Origin: a virus
Reading direction: 5' to 3' (one strand)
Virus record (IMG/VR): IMGVR_UViG_3300022555_002641
Location: 32,001-96,000 of that record
DNA: 64,000 bases
Both the position numbers and the translations under genes were made by a program. The notes under the pieces are model-generated. The model ran no database searches. It saw nothing but the letters and a program-made list of their open reading frames with translations, and had not been told where the DNA came from. Shown piece after piece: positions 48,025-57,325 of the stretch. Each line of letters opens with the position of its first letter. Within the stretch, counting starts at the first letter, position 1.

Positions 48025-48708
48025 ATGGAAACTATAATTATTGAAATTAGAGCATCCGAAGGTGGAAATGACTCTAAATTATTAGTTAAGGATTTAGCAA
48101 GTATTTATACAAAATCTTGCCGCAACAATAACTTCAGCTATAAAGTTGAAGAAAGAGAAGGCTTTGCCTCCATATGAATAACAGGAAATGAAGTAAAATC
48201 TTACTTCAAAAATGAAAGCGGCTCTCACTGCTTCGTCCGAATTCCCCCAACAGAAAAATATAATAGAACACAAACAAGCTTTATAACGGTAGCTATTATG
48301 CGACCTGATATAAAGAAGGACATCATTTTGAATAGAAATGATGTCATAAAAAGTTATATAAAAAGTAGTAAAAAAGCGGGAGGACAGCATTTGAATAAGA
48401 CTTCGTCATGTTGCCAATTAACTCATATTCCAACTGGAATCATGCTTAAAGTACAGGATACAAGGGATCAGCACAAAAATGAAACTATTGCGTGGGATAG
48501 GCTTACCGACAAACTTCAAGAAATTAATGATAAATTTCATGACTCTAATATAAATTCACATAGAAACGGTCAGATTGGAAATGGTAGCCGTGGCGGAAAT
48601 AAAAGACGAACTTATCGAATCAAAGATGATATCGTAGTTGATCATATAACTGGGAAAGAATGTAGATGGAAAGATATATTAAAAGGTAGATTAGAACTTC
48701 TTTTCTAA
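48025..48708 (+). CDS. RF1-type peptide chain release factor lacking domain 1, with in-frame TGA at 48175-48177
   Basis: METIIIEIRASEGG...EGFASI*ITGNEVKSYFKNESGSHCFVRIPPTEKYNRTQTSFITVAIM...AGGQHLNKT...RRTYR: PxT and GGQ motifs in one frame across the TGA. Confidence 0.85.
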
Positions 48709-48731
48709 TATTTTTTGCTTATCTTTGAAGA

Positions 48732-49289
48732 ATGAAAGTAGTAGATGATATATTATTGAATTTAAAGTTTCCACCACAAATGGTGTTGGTAATATCTAAT
48801 AATTCTAATGCTTTATTGAACACTCTTTGTGATTCTATTTATAAAAGTTATTCTGGACCAAAATGTATTATCGAGAATCAAAAAGGATTGCTTAGAAAAA
48901 TTCATAAGATTCAAAATAAATTAGTTTATGTTAATGTTGATTTATCAAAAATTCAATTGAGTAGTTCACAGAACACAAATTCATTATTGAGAGATTTTGA
49001 TAACTTGAAAACATTTATTTGTGAATCGCATAATATTTTGGTATTAAAGTTAAGCCTTAGAAAATTTAACCCACCACCCAGAGACACAGTACCTCAGCGT
49101 GGTTGGAACTGGGATCGTGAATATGATAGATTTGTAAGAGCTATTATTCCATTTGAAAATAGTATTGATAGAATATATTATATCGAAAAAGATGGAATTT
49201 ATCTTAGTAGATATGGTGATACTCCAAAATATTCAATTGATCAGCTTGTTCGGTATAGTAAATTGAAAAAAATAAAGCGGAGTTTATAA
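48732..49289 (+). CDS. hypothetical protein with C-terminal RYSKLKKI
   Basis: TATCTTTG box upstream. Confidence 0.7.
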   Translation: MKVVDDILLNLKFPPQMVLVISNNSNALLNTLCDSIYKSYSGPKCIIENQKGLLRKIHKIQNKLVYVNVDLSKIQLSSSQNTNSLLRDFDNLKTFICESHNILVLKLSLRKFNPPPRDTVPQRGWNWDREYDRFVRAIIPFENSIDRIYYIEKDGIYLSRYGDTPKYSIDQLVRYSKLKKIKRSL

Positions 49290-49350
49290 ATCAAATCGAT
49301 TGCCGTTCATCGAGCCCATGTTTCTTTATATATAAAAACAAAAATATAAA

Positions 49351-49542
49351 ATGAAATATTTAATTCACATTTGCCTTATAACTGGAGATATTATTAATAT
49401 GGACGTTGAATACGATAAGGAATATGATTTACGTAAGGATGTAACAATAATGGGAAACAACGGGGTAACTAAAAAAGAAGATAATAAATATGTGTTTTAT
49501 CCAGCACATCAAATTATGAAAATTGTAGTTGATGAAGTTTAA
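49351..49542 (+). CDS. hypothetical protein
   Basis: 63-aa ORF after a TATATA box. Confidence 0.65.
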   Translation: MKYLIHICLITGDIINMDVEYDKEYDLRKDVTIMGNNGVTKKEDNKYVFYPAHQIMKIVVDEV

Positions 49543-49543
49543 A

Positions 49544-50935
49544 CCGTTAAAAAAAATCTACACAAATCTACACCTGTGTAATTTTCTCTTCTTGTTTCAA
49601 CCAATCGATATTGTGATTGTCCACAAGCGTAAATTCGGTAGAACGGCTACCTATTATTATTTTTAATCCTTCTTTCTTGATATTAATGGCTGCATTTAAG
49701 TCCCTGTTATGATTTGTTTTACAATCAGGACAAATCCATTCTCTATCTGATAATGTTAATTCCGTGTTTTTATAACCACACACATTACATAATTTACTCG
49801 AAGGAAACCATTTATCTACTTCAACAACATACCTACCATACCAATTAGCTTTGTAAATCAACATTGATTTAAAATGATTCAATGATAATTCTTGAATTGA
49901 CCTCGCTAATTTATGGTTTGACATCATATTCTTTACACTAAGGTTTTCCATCGATATAATTTGGTTTTCATTAATCAATTGGTTACTAACTTGATGTAAA
50001 TAATTTTCTTTGATGTTGTTTAAATGTTCGTGATATTTAGCTAATTTTTTTCTACATTTATTTTTGTTTTTACTACCATTTGTTTTCTTTGATAACTGAC
50101 GATTTAATTTTACTAATTTCTTTTCATTATTTCTTTTTATCTTTATGTTTTCAAATGTTTTACCGTCTGAACAGATAATGAAATCTTTTATTCCAAGGTC
50201 AATACCAATCACTTCGTTGATAGGTTTTAATACTTGTTTTTCTAATTCACCATCAATCAAAACTGATAAAAAGTAATTACCCGATTTTGTCTTGGTTAAA
50301 GTTGCTGACTTAATACCAGATTTATATTTATTTAAATAAATTTTATATTCATCTGAACATCTGAATTTGACATTTTTTAGTGATTTTGTCAAGGTCAGTT
50401 TACCAGTGGAATAATCATTGTTTGATGATATGGCTTCCTCTGGAAATCTACAGGATTGTTTGTTATCGTGTTTAGATTTAAACTTAGGAAATCCACTACC
50501 ATTAACAAAAAAGTTTTTGTATGATTCTAACATATTTAGAATTGATTGTTTGAGTACCTTTGTGTTATGTTCAGTTAAAAAATGATAATCAGCATCCTTA
50601 GTTAATTCATTATGAAAGTAATGTCCTAAATGAGTTAATGTAAGATTCGATTTATCATTCAGGTAAGCTGTTTTCTTTTTATCCAGACATTTATTGTAGA
50701 CAAGTCTATAACAACCAAGTAATTGATTAATATAATCCTGTTGGATTGTTGTTGGATATAAACGAATTTTAACTGCTCTTAACATATGTTTTTATAGTTT
50801 AGGGATAAAATATCCCTTTTCTATAAATACTATATATTAAAGTAAAAAACTCATTTTTTGATAATTTATTTTAACTTGTAGATTTGTGTAGAATTGTGTA
50901 ATTTTGTGTAGATTTTTGGTAGCAGTTACTTAACC
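49544..50935 (-). mobile_element. non-autonomous IS607-like TnpB-only element
   Basis: Ends carry tandem 10-bp repeats (AAATCTACAC x2 at about 49555-49573; TGTGTAGATT-like x4 at about 50877-50917) in inverted orientation. AACC (GGTT on minus) at both boundaries fits a GG-core serine-recombinase crossover. Confidence 0.75.
49568..50785 (-). CDS. tnpB: RNA-guided endonuclease TnpB
   Basis: KIRLYPT, GIDLGIK, ENLSV, CNVCG...[14 protein letters not shown]. Confidence 0.95.
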   Translation of the reverse strand: MLRAVKIRLYPTTIQQDYINQLLGCYRLVYNKCLDKKKTAYLNDKSNLTLTHLGHYFHNELTKDADYHFLTEHNTKVLKQSILNMLESYKNFFVNGSGFPKFKSKHDNKQSCRFPEEAISSNNDYSTGKLTLTKSLKNVKFRCSDEYKIYLNKYKSGIKSATLTKTKSGNYFLSVLIDGELEKQVLKPINEVIGIDLGIKDFIICSDGKTFENIKIKRNNEKKLVKLNRQLSKKTNGSKNKNKCRKKLAKYHEHLNNIKENYLHQVSNQLINENQIISMENLSVKNMMSNHKLARSIQELSLNHFKSMLIYKANWYGRYVVEVDKWFPSSKLCNVCGYKNTELTLSDREWICPDCKTNHNRDLNAAINIKKEGLKIIIGSRSTEFTLVDNHNIDWLKQEEKITQV

Positions 50936-51135
50936 CTAACTTCTAACTCATTCTTAATTTTTCTTATATTTAATTCATAATGGAACAGATGTTCGTTAAC
51001 ATAGAACTCCGTACTTTCTGGGTCCTTCGTTATTATATCTTCAATATCTTCTTTTAAGAATATGTATGATGATAATAAGTCCAATAGTTCATTTAATGTT
51101 TTTGATCGTAGTTCTTTATAGCAATACGTTTTCAT
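50926..51135 (-). CDS. hypothetical protein (stop codon supplied by the IS607-like end)
   Basis: 69-aa ORF. Confidence 0.65.
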   Translation of the reverse strand: MKTYCYKELRSKTLNELLDLLSSYIFLKEDIEDIITKDPESTEFYVNEHLFHYELNIRKIKNELEVRVK

Positions 51136-51137
51136 TT

Positions 51138-51569
51138 TTAGGTGATCTTTTCAAAATCTTTATTATCGCTGGTATAAAAAATATCATCGCATAAAAATTT
51201 TACAGTTATAGATTTTCCGTTAGCTGGGTAAGTAGCAATCGATGTATCAAAATCTATTAAGTTACTAATTTCAATGAATTTTAATGTCCTGAATATAACA
51301 AAGCCTAATATTTTATGATCCTTATCGTGAATTTTAACTCTAACTTCACCCGTTGTTTTATTGTTCTTTAATTTTAATAATATTTCTAATGGTTCTATTT
51401 TCTTTTCAAATGCTAACAAATCAAATTCCATCACATCCTCATTGATTCGCACTAATGTTTCTCTACAGATGTCCTTCTCAGTTTTTGTCAATTCTTCAAA
51501 GTCAAATTCACATTCGAATAAATTTTTATTTATTGGCTGTGTTTTATCGTAGATGTTTTCCTTTTTCAT
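51138..51569 (-). CDS. hypothetical protein, tail-tube-like (weak)
   Basis: NLFECEF...IHDKDHKILG...ITVKFLCD. Confidence 0.55.
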   Translation of the reverse strand: MKKENIYDKTQPINKNLFECEFDFEELTKTEKDICRETLVRINEDVMEFDLLAFEKKIEPLEILLKLKNNKTTGEVRVKIHDKDHKILGFVIFRTLKFIEISNLIDFDTSIATYPANGKSITVKFLCDDIFYTSDNKDFEKIT

Positions 51570-51617
51570 AATTAATTAATTGTTTTTAATTGAAATATAT
51601 ATTAAATGTGGTAGGTC

Positions 51618-51655
51618 AAAAAAAAAGCAGCCCCAATTGAGACTGCTTTCTTTTT
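51618..51655 (-). terminator. intrinsic terminator
   Basis: A-run GCAG...CTGC T-run downstream of the 51669-51896 gene. Confidence 0.6.
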
Positions 51656-51668
51656 GAAAAATAACTAT

Positions 51669-51896
51669 TTACATTTCATCGTCATCATCCGAAATCATTC
51701 TATCATCGTCAAAGGTATTATCTTCAACGTTATGAACTGTAACTTCGCTGATACTTATATCTTCACGAATTTGAAGATCATCATTCTTTCTGATATCTTC
51801 TGCCAATTGATCTGCATATTCTGCAACTTCGTCAACTGTAACAGAGCGATCCGCCTTTACTGTAAATGTCATTGTAATTTCGAATTCTTTTTTCAT
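51669..51896 (-). CDS. small acidic protein
   Basis: Preceded by AAACTT-N16-TATAAT. Confidence 0.7.
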   Translation of the reverse strand: MKKEFEITMTFTVKADRSVTVDEVAEYADQLAEDIRKNDDLQIREDISISEVTVHNVEDNTFDDDRMISDDDDEM

Positions 51897-52007
51897 AGGG
51901 ATTTGGAGTTAATTTTTGGAGTTTTTTGATTATAAACAGAAAAAAGTATAAAGTTTAGTTTTTTATTGAATATTTTTTTATTATCTTTGAATTAAATATT
52001 GAAACCT

Positions 52008-52598
52008 ATGACAAAGGATAAAAGAAAATTGTTAGTTGATATGTTCCTTGCGGAAAATGAAAAGGAAAAATTATTCAGGAATATGACTGATGGTGAGTAT
52101 TTTATAAAGTACACAAATGAAAATTTCGACATTAGAAGAAACCTTTTTTATAATACGTTACACGCTGTAAAATATAAACCAAACCATCATCGATATCCAT
52201 CCAGTAATTTGGATATTGATCAGCAACGTCTTATTAAAAGGTTTTATTTTAAACCTATTGTACCTATAGCACTTATATTAATCGTTGGACTTCTATATAT
52301 AATATCTCAGCCAACTTCTGTTTTTGGCAAATTGCTTGGAGATTACATATTTATTTTGAAATCCTTCGTAGTACCTATGCTTACTACATACTTTTTAATT
52401 TTTATATATGATCGAATTATCAATCGTAAAATATTTAAAAAGTTTAAAGATATAAAGAACGCTATGCTTGATAACGCACAACACATTGAAAATAGTAAAG
52501 ACAATGAATTTGTTGACGAGTTAATCAATAATAATATAGCTTATTATCGGAAGCTTAAACTTGACAGATTAAATAAGAATGCTGGTTCCAGATGTTGA
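52008..52598 (+). CDS. two-TM membrane protein with C-terminal RKLKLDRL
   Basis: Two hydrophobic helices; ends YRKLKLDRLNKNAGSRC. Confidence 0.7.
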   Translation: MTKDKRKLLVDMFLAENEKEKLFRNMTDGEYFIKYTNENFDIRRNLFYNTLHAVKYKPNHHRYPSSNLDIDQQRLIKRFYFKPIVPIALILIVGLLYIISQPTSVFGKLLGDYIFILKSFVVPMLTTYFLIFIYDRIINRKIFKKFKDIKNAMLDNAQHIENSKDNEFVDELINNNIAYYRKLKLDRLNKNAGSRC

Positions 52599-52866
52599 TA
52601 ATTTACCTAAGAAGGTTATATGTGTAAAAGATGTAAAGAATTCTAAAGGTGAAGTTTTGGTTAAAAAAGGTAGTACTTTTATATGTGAATATGATGATGG
52701 TGGTGGCTATTGGAAACGTAACGGAGCAACAACCCCGACAATATTTGTAACACTTATAGGAATTCCTGAATTGAAGTTTGCCCATCATTGGCAATCAAAT
52801 TGGACGGAGTTTGAAGATTTGGATGAAAATAGAAAACAAAAATTGGCACAATTACAAAAAAAATAA
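52579..52866 (+). CDS. small protein with C-terminal RKQKLAQL
   Basis: KKVICVKD...; ends ENRKQKLAQLQKK. Confidence 0.7.
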   Translation: MLVPDVDNLPKKVICVKDVKNSKGEVLVKKGSTFICEYDDGGGYWKRNGATTPTIFVTLIGIPELKFAHHWQSNWTEFEDLDENRKQKLAQLQKK

Positions 52867-52920
52867 ACTTTTTAGTTAATAATTAATATATTTATAAATC
52901 AAATCAAAACAATTAAGACA

Positions 52921-53259
52921 ATGAAAGACGCAAGTGAAATTTTAAATGCAAGTGATGTTAATACTTTTAAAAGTATTACCCATGGTGACCAGACCGAACT
53001 TTTTGGAAAATTGAAAGAGATGAAATTCTTTGAATTGGCAGTTCCAGAAAGGGAGAATTTGATTAGCTTCCTTGGGGTCGCTGAACAGGACCTCGCTAAG
53101 GATTATCTTTTTCATGTTTTAGATAATGAGCTTCCCTATCCTGTTGATGACGAAAAGGCAAAGGTTTTATTTGCTGATGACAGAATCAAGACCTTGAAGG
53201 AGCAAATGATGATGGAACTTCAAGAAGATGATGAAGCTACCGAAACAACTGAAGCTTAA
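52921..53259 (+). CDS. acidic hypothetical protein
   Basis: 112-aa ORF followed by a terminator. Confidence 0.75.
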   Translation: MKDASEILNASDVNTFKSITHGDQTELFGKLKEMKFFELAVPERENLISFLGVAEQDLAKDYLFHVLDNELPYPVDDEKAKVLFADDRIKTLKEQMMMELQEDDEATETTEA

Positions 53260-53277
53260 TCAAACAAAAACTGTCAC

Positions 53278-53304
53278 AAAAAAAGCGGCATTTGCCGCTT
53301 TTTT
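53278..53304. terminator. bidirectional intrinsic terminator
   Basis: A-run GCGGC-ATTT-GCCGC T-run. Confidence 0.85.
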
Positions 53305-53708
53305 TATTTGATATCATTAATTCTTTTTTGAATAGTTATGTAGTCATCTGGAACATAAGGAATATAGCCTTCGTCTTCGAATGAATCTGGTTCAAAATAA
53401 TATGATCTAACACCCTTTCTCTTTTTTTCAAGTTTATGATATAAAATCTTTTGAACGATAAGTGCAAATGGGAATCTTAAAGAGAACGTATCTATAATAT
53501 TTTCAGTATTTTCAATCTGTTCTGAAAATTTACAGGTATTTATTATTTTTAGAATTTTTTCAAGTGCATCACCAGCATTTTCGAAATCGATTGAAGTTAA
53601 TTCATATTTTCTTGAAGATAATTTATCTGATATTTTATAAAGATAAAATCTTTTTTTCAACAATCTTATTTGAACTTTTATAAACCAAGTTAACTGTGTT
53701 TGCGTCAT
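53304..53708 (-). CDS. hypothetical protein
   Basis: TAACTTTG box upstream (53734-53741). Confidence 0.65.
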   Translation of the reverse strand: MTQTQLTWFIKVQIRLLKKRFYLYKISDKLSSRKYELTSIDFENAGDALEKILKIINTCKFSEQIENTENIIDTFSLRFPFALIVQKILYHKLEKKRKGVRSYYFEPDSFEDEGYIPYVPDDYITIQKRINDIK

Positions 53709-53766
53709 ATTAAAGTTTTTTATTATTGGATGGCAAAGTTAATAAAAATATCCAATAAAAAAAATA

Positions 53767-54096
53767 TTACTTCTTCAATTTCTTAACAACACTATAAAAA
53801 CGCCTTAAATTATTTTTACCATATTTATTTTTCTTACCTTCGGTATGTTCAAATTCATTTTGTATTAAGTCAAGAAACTTTTTAGAATAATTAAGATCAG
53901 ATAATGTTGCCGAATAAAATTCAACTCCATCATCTACCATTATCTGCATTTCGTAGCCAGTAATATTAATTTCAACAACCTTCAATATAATATCGCATTT
54001 TATTGAAAAATATATTCCATCCCTTTCAAACACGTAATGTTTTTTGTTTTCAATTATATAGTTGTAGATATTTTCGAGTGCATCGTTATCGGTCAT
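53767..54096 (-). CDS. hypothetical protein
   Basis: 109-aa ORF. Confidence 0.65.
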   Translation of the reverse strand: MTDNDALENIYNYIIENKKHYVFERDGIYFSIKCDIILKVVEINITGYEMQIMVDDGVEFYSATLSDLNYSKKFLDLIQNEFEHTEGKKNKYGKNNLRRFYSVVKKLKK

Positions 54097-54172
54097 TTAA
54101 TTGGGGTTATTTTATCTATATATTTTTTTTTATAATTTTTTTTCCTACCTTTGCATTCTAAAATATATTTTT

Positions 54173-54781
54173 ATGAAAATACTTAGCAAGAATCAAATTG
54201 TAAGAACAATTTGGGATAAACGTTATCTTAAAGTTTTTAGTTTTTCAGTAGAAGATAAAGGAAAATTTTTTAGCCGTGAATATGTACAGACTCACGATTC
54301 AGTTGCTGCTATTGTTCATAACACAGATGAAAACACGTTTGTTTTTGTTGAGCAGTTCAGGGTTGGTCTGGCTGGTAGAAATTTTGAAATCAATGAAGAT
54401 TTTAACTTGATTGAGCTTGTAGCTGGGCATATTGATGTTGTTGATGGTGTACTCGAATCCCCAGAAATTGCAATTAAAAGAGAAATTTATCAGGAAACTG
54501 GCTACGATGTTGATTCATTGGAGTTATTAATTCAGCCATATTATACTTCCCCAGGATTTTCAACCGAAACAATTGCTATTTACTATGCTCGTGTATCAAA
54601 TAAAAGTGGTAAAGGTGGCGGATGTGAATCTGAAAATGAAAACATAAAAGTTATAGAAATGCCAGAAGATGATGCGTATTCTTATAACTTCAAAGATGGA
54701 AAAACTATAATGGCATTGGATCGACTCATTTTAAGAAGTGTCAACCCATTTGCTGGTATGAACATGCGAGGACTAATATAA
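54173..54781 (+). CDS. NUDIX hydrolase (ADP-ribose/GDP-mannose pyrophosphatase-like)
   Basis: VEQFR, ELVAG...REIYQETGY (E-to-Q variant Nudix box), YTSPG, GGG...ENENI, DGKT. Confidence 0.85.
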   Translation: MKILSKNQIVRTIWDKRYLKVFSFSVEDKGKFFSREYVQTHDSVAAIVHNTDENTFVFVEQFRVGLAGRNFEINEDFNLIELVAGHIDVVDGVLESPEIAIKREIYQETGYDVDSLELLIQPYYTSPGFSTETIAIYYARVSNKSGKGGGCESENENIKVIEMPEDDAYSYNFKDGKTIMALDRLILRSVNPFAGMNMRGLI

Positions 54782-55395
54782 TGATAACAGCACAACAAAT
54801 AATTGAAGCAACCAAGTTGCATCCTTACAAAATAAAAAATATTTATATGTTTGGATCACAAGTGTACGGGACCCAGAATGAGGACTCCGATTATGATTTT
54901 ATTGTGCTTGGGTCAAGTTTGTTATCAAAACAAGAAATTCATGATGGCGATTTAAATATTCATATTCATACCCCAGATGTTTTCTTAGAGGGATTGAAGA
55001 ATTATGAAATGAATTATTTGGAATGTGTTTATGCTCCAGACTTTGCAAAACTTCAAGAAAAAATTATTCTTCCTGATAAAAACTTTTCGTTAAAAACGGA
55101 TATGCTAAAATATAAAGGAATGGCTCAATCTTTCAATGCATTTCATAAAGCCAAAGAAAGAATCAATGACGGTGATGATTTGTGGCGTGGGGTTAAGAGT
55201 CTTTGGCACAGCATAAGAATATTGCAGTTCTTTATTCAGATCATAGAGCACAAAAAGATTGTTGATTTTTCATCTGCAAATGATCTTTGGAAACAAATAT
55301 TGGATGATTATGATAACGACATTTGTGACTGGGCATACTATAAAGAAAAGTATTTGCCAATAAAAATTAAATATGAGAAGCAATTAAATGACTGA
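54781..55395 (+). CDS. nucleotidyltransferase-domain protein
   Basis: YMFGSQVYGT...SDYDF (GS...DxD), KSLWHSIRI. Confidence 0.8.
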   Translation: MITAQQIIEATKLHPYKIKNIYMFGSQVYGTQNEDSDYDFIVLGSSLLSKQEIHDGDLNIHIHTPDVFLEGLKNYEMNYLECVYAPDFAKLQEKIILPDKNFSLKTDMLKYKGMAQSFNAFHKAKERINDGDDLWRGVKSLWHSIRILQFFIQIIEHKKIVDFSSANDLWKQILDDYDNDICDWAYYKEKYLPIKIKYEKQLND

Positions 55396-55645
55396 CAAGG
55401 AAAAAGCCCATAAAATAAAAAAGATAGATCGGCAAATGAAATTGATTGCGCTTGAAGGAAAACTTGACCCTGAATCAAAAAGAAAATTCATTAATCGAGT
55501 AGGCAACATTATCTTTTATAATGAAGATTCAGAAGAAAGTGATGCTGAAATTCATGCAAGAATAAAAAGAGAAAATACCGCAGCTATGGGTAGCCAAATA
55601 ACACCAGATATGTTTGTAAAAAGACCGTGGCATGGACTCTTCTAA
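55388..55645 (+). CDS. hypothetical protein
   Basis: Coupled ORF. Confidence 0.6.
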   Translation: MTDKEKAHKIKKIDRQMKLIALEGKLDPESKRKFINRVGNIIFYNEDSEESDAEIHARIKRENTAAMGSQITPDMFVKRPWHGLF

Positions 55646-56177
55646 ATTTATTATTGTCGAGGCCCCAAATGAGTCCAAACTTACTGGGAAATGTATAAAG
55701 GTCTTTATTGCTGGAGGTATCAGCAACTGCCCTGATTGGCAAACTGATCTTATATCTCGTTTAAAAAAAGATAAACGACTAAAAAACTGCGGTACAGTAA
55801 AAATATTAATATTTAATCCACGAAGAAAAAATAAACCAAGGGTTGATGAAACTGAAGCTCAGGTTACTTGGGAATTTTTTAATTTAAACAAATCGGATAT
55901 TATAAGTTTTTGGTTCTCCGAAGGGTCTTTGAATCCAATTGTATTGTTTGAATATGGTCGGATTCTTGCGGCACCCAACCGCTGGAAAAAAAGTGTTATA
56001 GTTGGATGTCATGAAAAATATGGAAGACGCACAGATGTGATCATACAAACTAAATTGATTGAGCAATCCAGATTCAGGCACCCAGAAATTGAAGTTAAAA
56101 ATACGTTTGAAGATTTTGCAAACGAATTAATAGAAAGTATAGTTAATCACATAATAAGGCATAATTTTATTACATGA
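55632..56177 (+). CDS. nucleoside 2-deoxyribosyltransferase-like protein
   Basis: VFIAGGISNCPDWQ, FNPRR, QVTWE, PIVLFEYG. Confidence 0.8.
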   Translation: MDSSKFIIVEAPNESKLTGKCIKVFIAGGISNCPDWQTDLISRLKKDKRLKNCGTVKILIFNPRRKNKPRVDETEAQVTWEFFNLNKSDIISFWFSEGSLNPIVLFEYGRILAAPNRWKKSVIVGCHEKYGRRTDVIIQTKLIEQSRFRHPEIEVKNTFEDFANELIESIVNHIIRHNFIT

Positions 56178-56998
56178 AATCAACGTGGCTCATAGAAAAA
56201 GATTTATTTGAAGATACTGAAATCGATTTAATTGGAACGGTTAAAAGACTTGGCTATCCAATTAAAGTTGTTAAGTATATTCCTATGGATGATGATTTGT
56301 CGTGGCTTGAGCGCATGTTTAAGCCTGAAGACTGCGTTATTTATTATGGGTCATTGAATCTTGGATTAAAGATAAAAAAATTCGGATGGATTCCAGGTTG
56401 TTACGGAACCATTGAAAAATATTCTTGTACAAATTATTATCCATATTTTGGTATCAATCACATCAACAGTGAATACCAAGTTATGACATATGGCGAATTA
56501 CTTTTGAAAAAAGTTGAACTTTTTAGCAAAAATAATGTTATCTTTGTTAGACCAAATAGCATTTTAAAAGAATTCACTGGAATGGCGGTATCTGAATATA
56601 ATTTTGACAGAGCCTATGCGCTTATGGGATTTTACAATGATGTTGTATCTTCCGATCTTCCAATTATTGTATCCACAGTAAAGGAAATAAAAAAAGAATG
56701 GAGATTCGTTGTTATCGGTAGTACTATAATTTCAGGAAGCTTATATCGGTCTGGTGATGATGATAAGACACTACATGAACCATGCACTGACCATCAAGCA
56801 TTAGAATTTGCAAAAGAAATGGCAAAATTATATCAGCCAGATAATGTTTGGGTTCTGGATATTTGTTTATCCAATCTTGGATATAAAGTTATGGAAATTG
56901 GCTGTTTTTCGTTTGCTGGTTTGTATGGTGGTGATCTCGATGTAATTGTTGAAAAAGTATCAAACACTGCGATTGATGAAAAAATGGGAAGAACTTAA
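56174..56998 (+). CDS. ATP-grasp domain protein (DUF4343-like)
   Basis: FVRP...KEFTG, EWRFVV, WVLDIC...VMEIG...AGLY. Confidence 0.75.
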   Translation: MKSTWLIEKDLFEDTEIDLIGTVKRLGYPIKVVKYIPMDDDLSWLERMFKPEDCVIYYGSLNLGLKIKKFGWIPGCYGTIEKYSCTNYYPYFGINHINSEYQVMTYGELLLKKVELFSKNNVIFVRPNSILKEFTGMAVSEYNFDRAYALMGFYNDVVSSDLPIIVSTVKEIKKEWRFVVIGSTIISGSLYRSGDDDKTLHEPCTDHQALEFAKEMAKLYQPDNVWVLDICLSNLGYKVMEIGCFSFAGLYGGDLDVIVEKVSNTAIDEKMGRT

Positions 56999-57299
56999 AG
57001 TTGGCGATATTATTTATTTTGTCAGTCTAAACAAAAATAATATTAAATTATTAAATGGAATGACGGTTCCACAAGATAATGTTGTCAGTATAACAAATAC
57101 GGGGAAAGATTATCTCGTTATAACTGGTAAATTTCAAGTTATAATAAATTATGATGATTATTTTAATCGGGGTAGTGATGTAACATATTCAGATGATACA
57201 TTAGAAAATCCTGAAAATTGGGAGCTTTTAATTATGGCTACAACTCAAGATGGTATCATACATGAAATAAAAGAATTCTTTTTAACAAAAGAACAATAA
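56976..57299 (+). CDS. hypothetical protein
   Basis: MKKWEELKVGDIIYF. Confidence 0.6.
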   Translation: MKKWEELKVGDIIYFVSLNKNNIKLLNGMTVPQDNVVSITNTGKDYLVITGKFQVIINYDDYFNRGSDVTYSDDTLENPENWELLIMATTQDGIIHEIKEFFLTKEQ

Positions 57300-57325
57300 T
57301 TATTAACCTTAAACTTAACTATACT

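Noticed and set aside
48175-48177. Selenocysteine codon or RF2-style +1 frameshift
   Set aside because: Homology continues in the same frame, there is no CTT-TGA slippery site, the position is not a catalytic Cys and no SECIS-like hairpin is evident.
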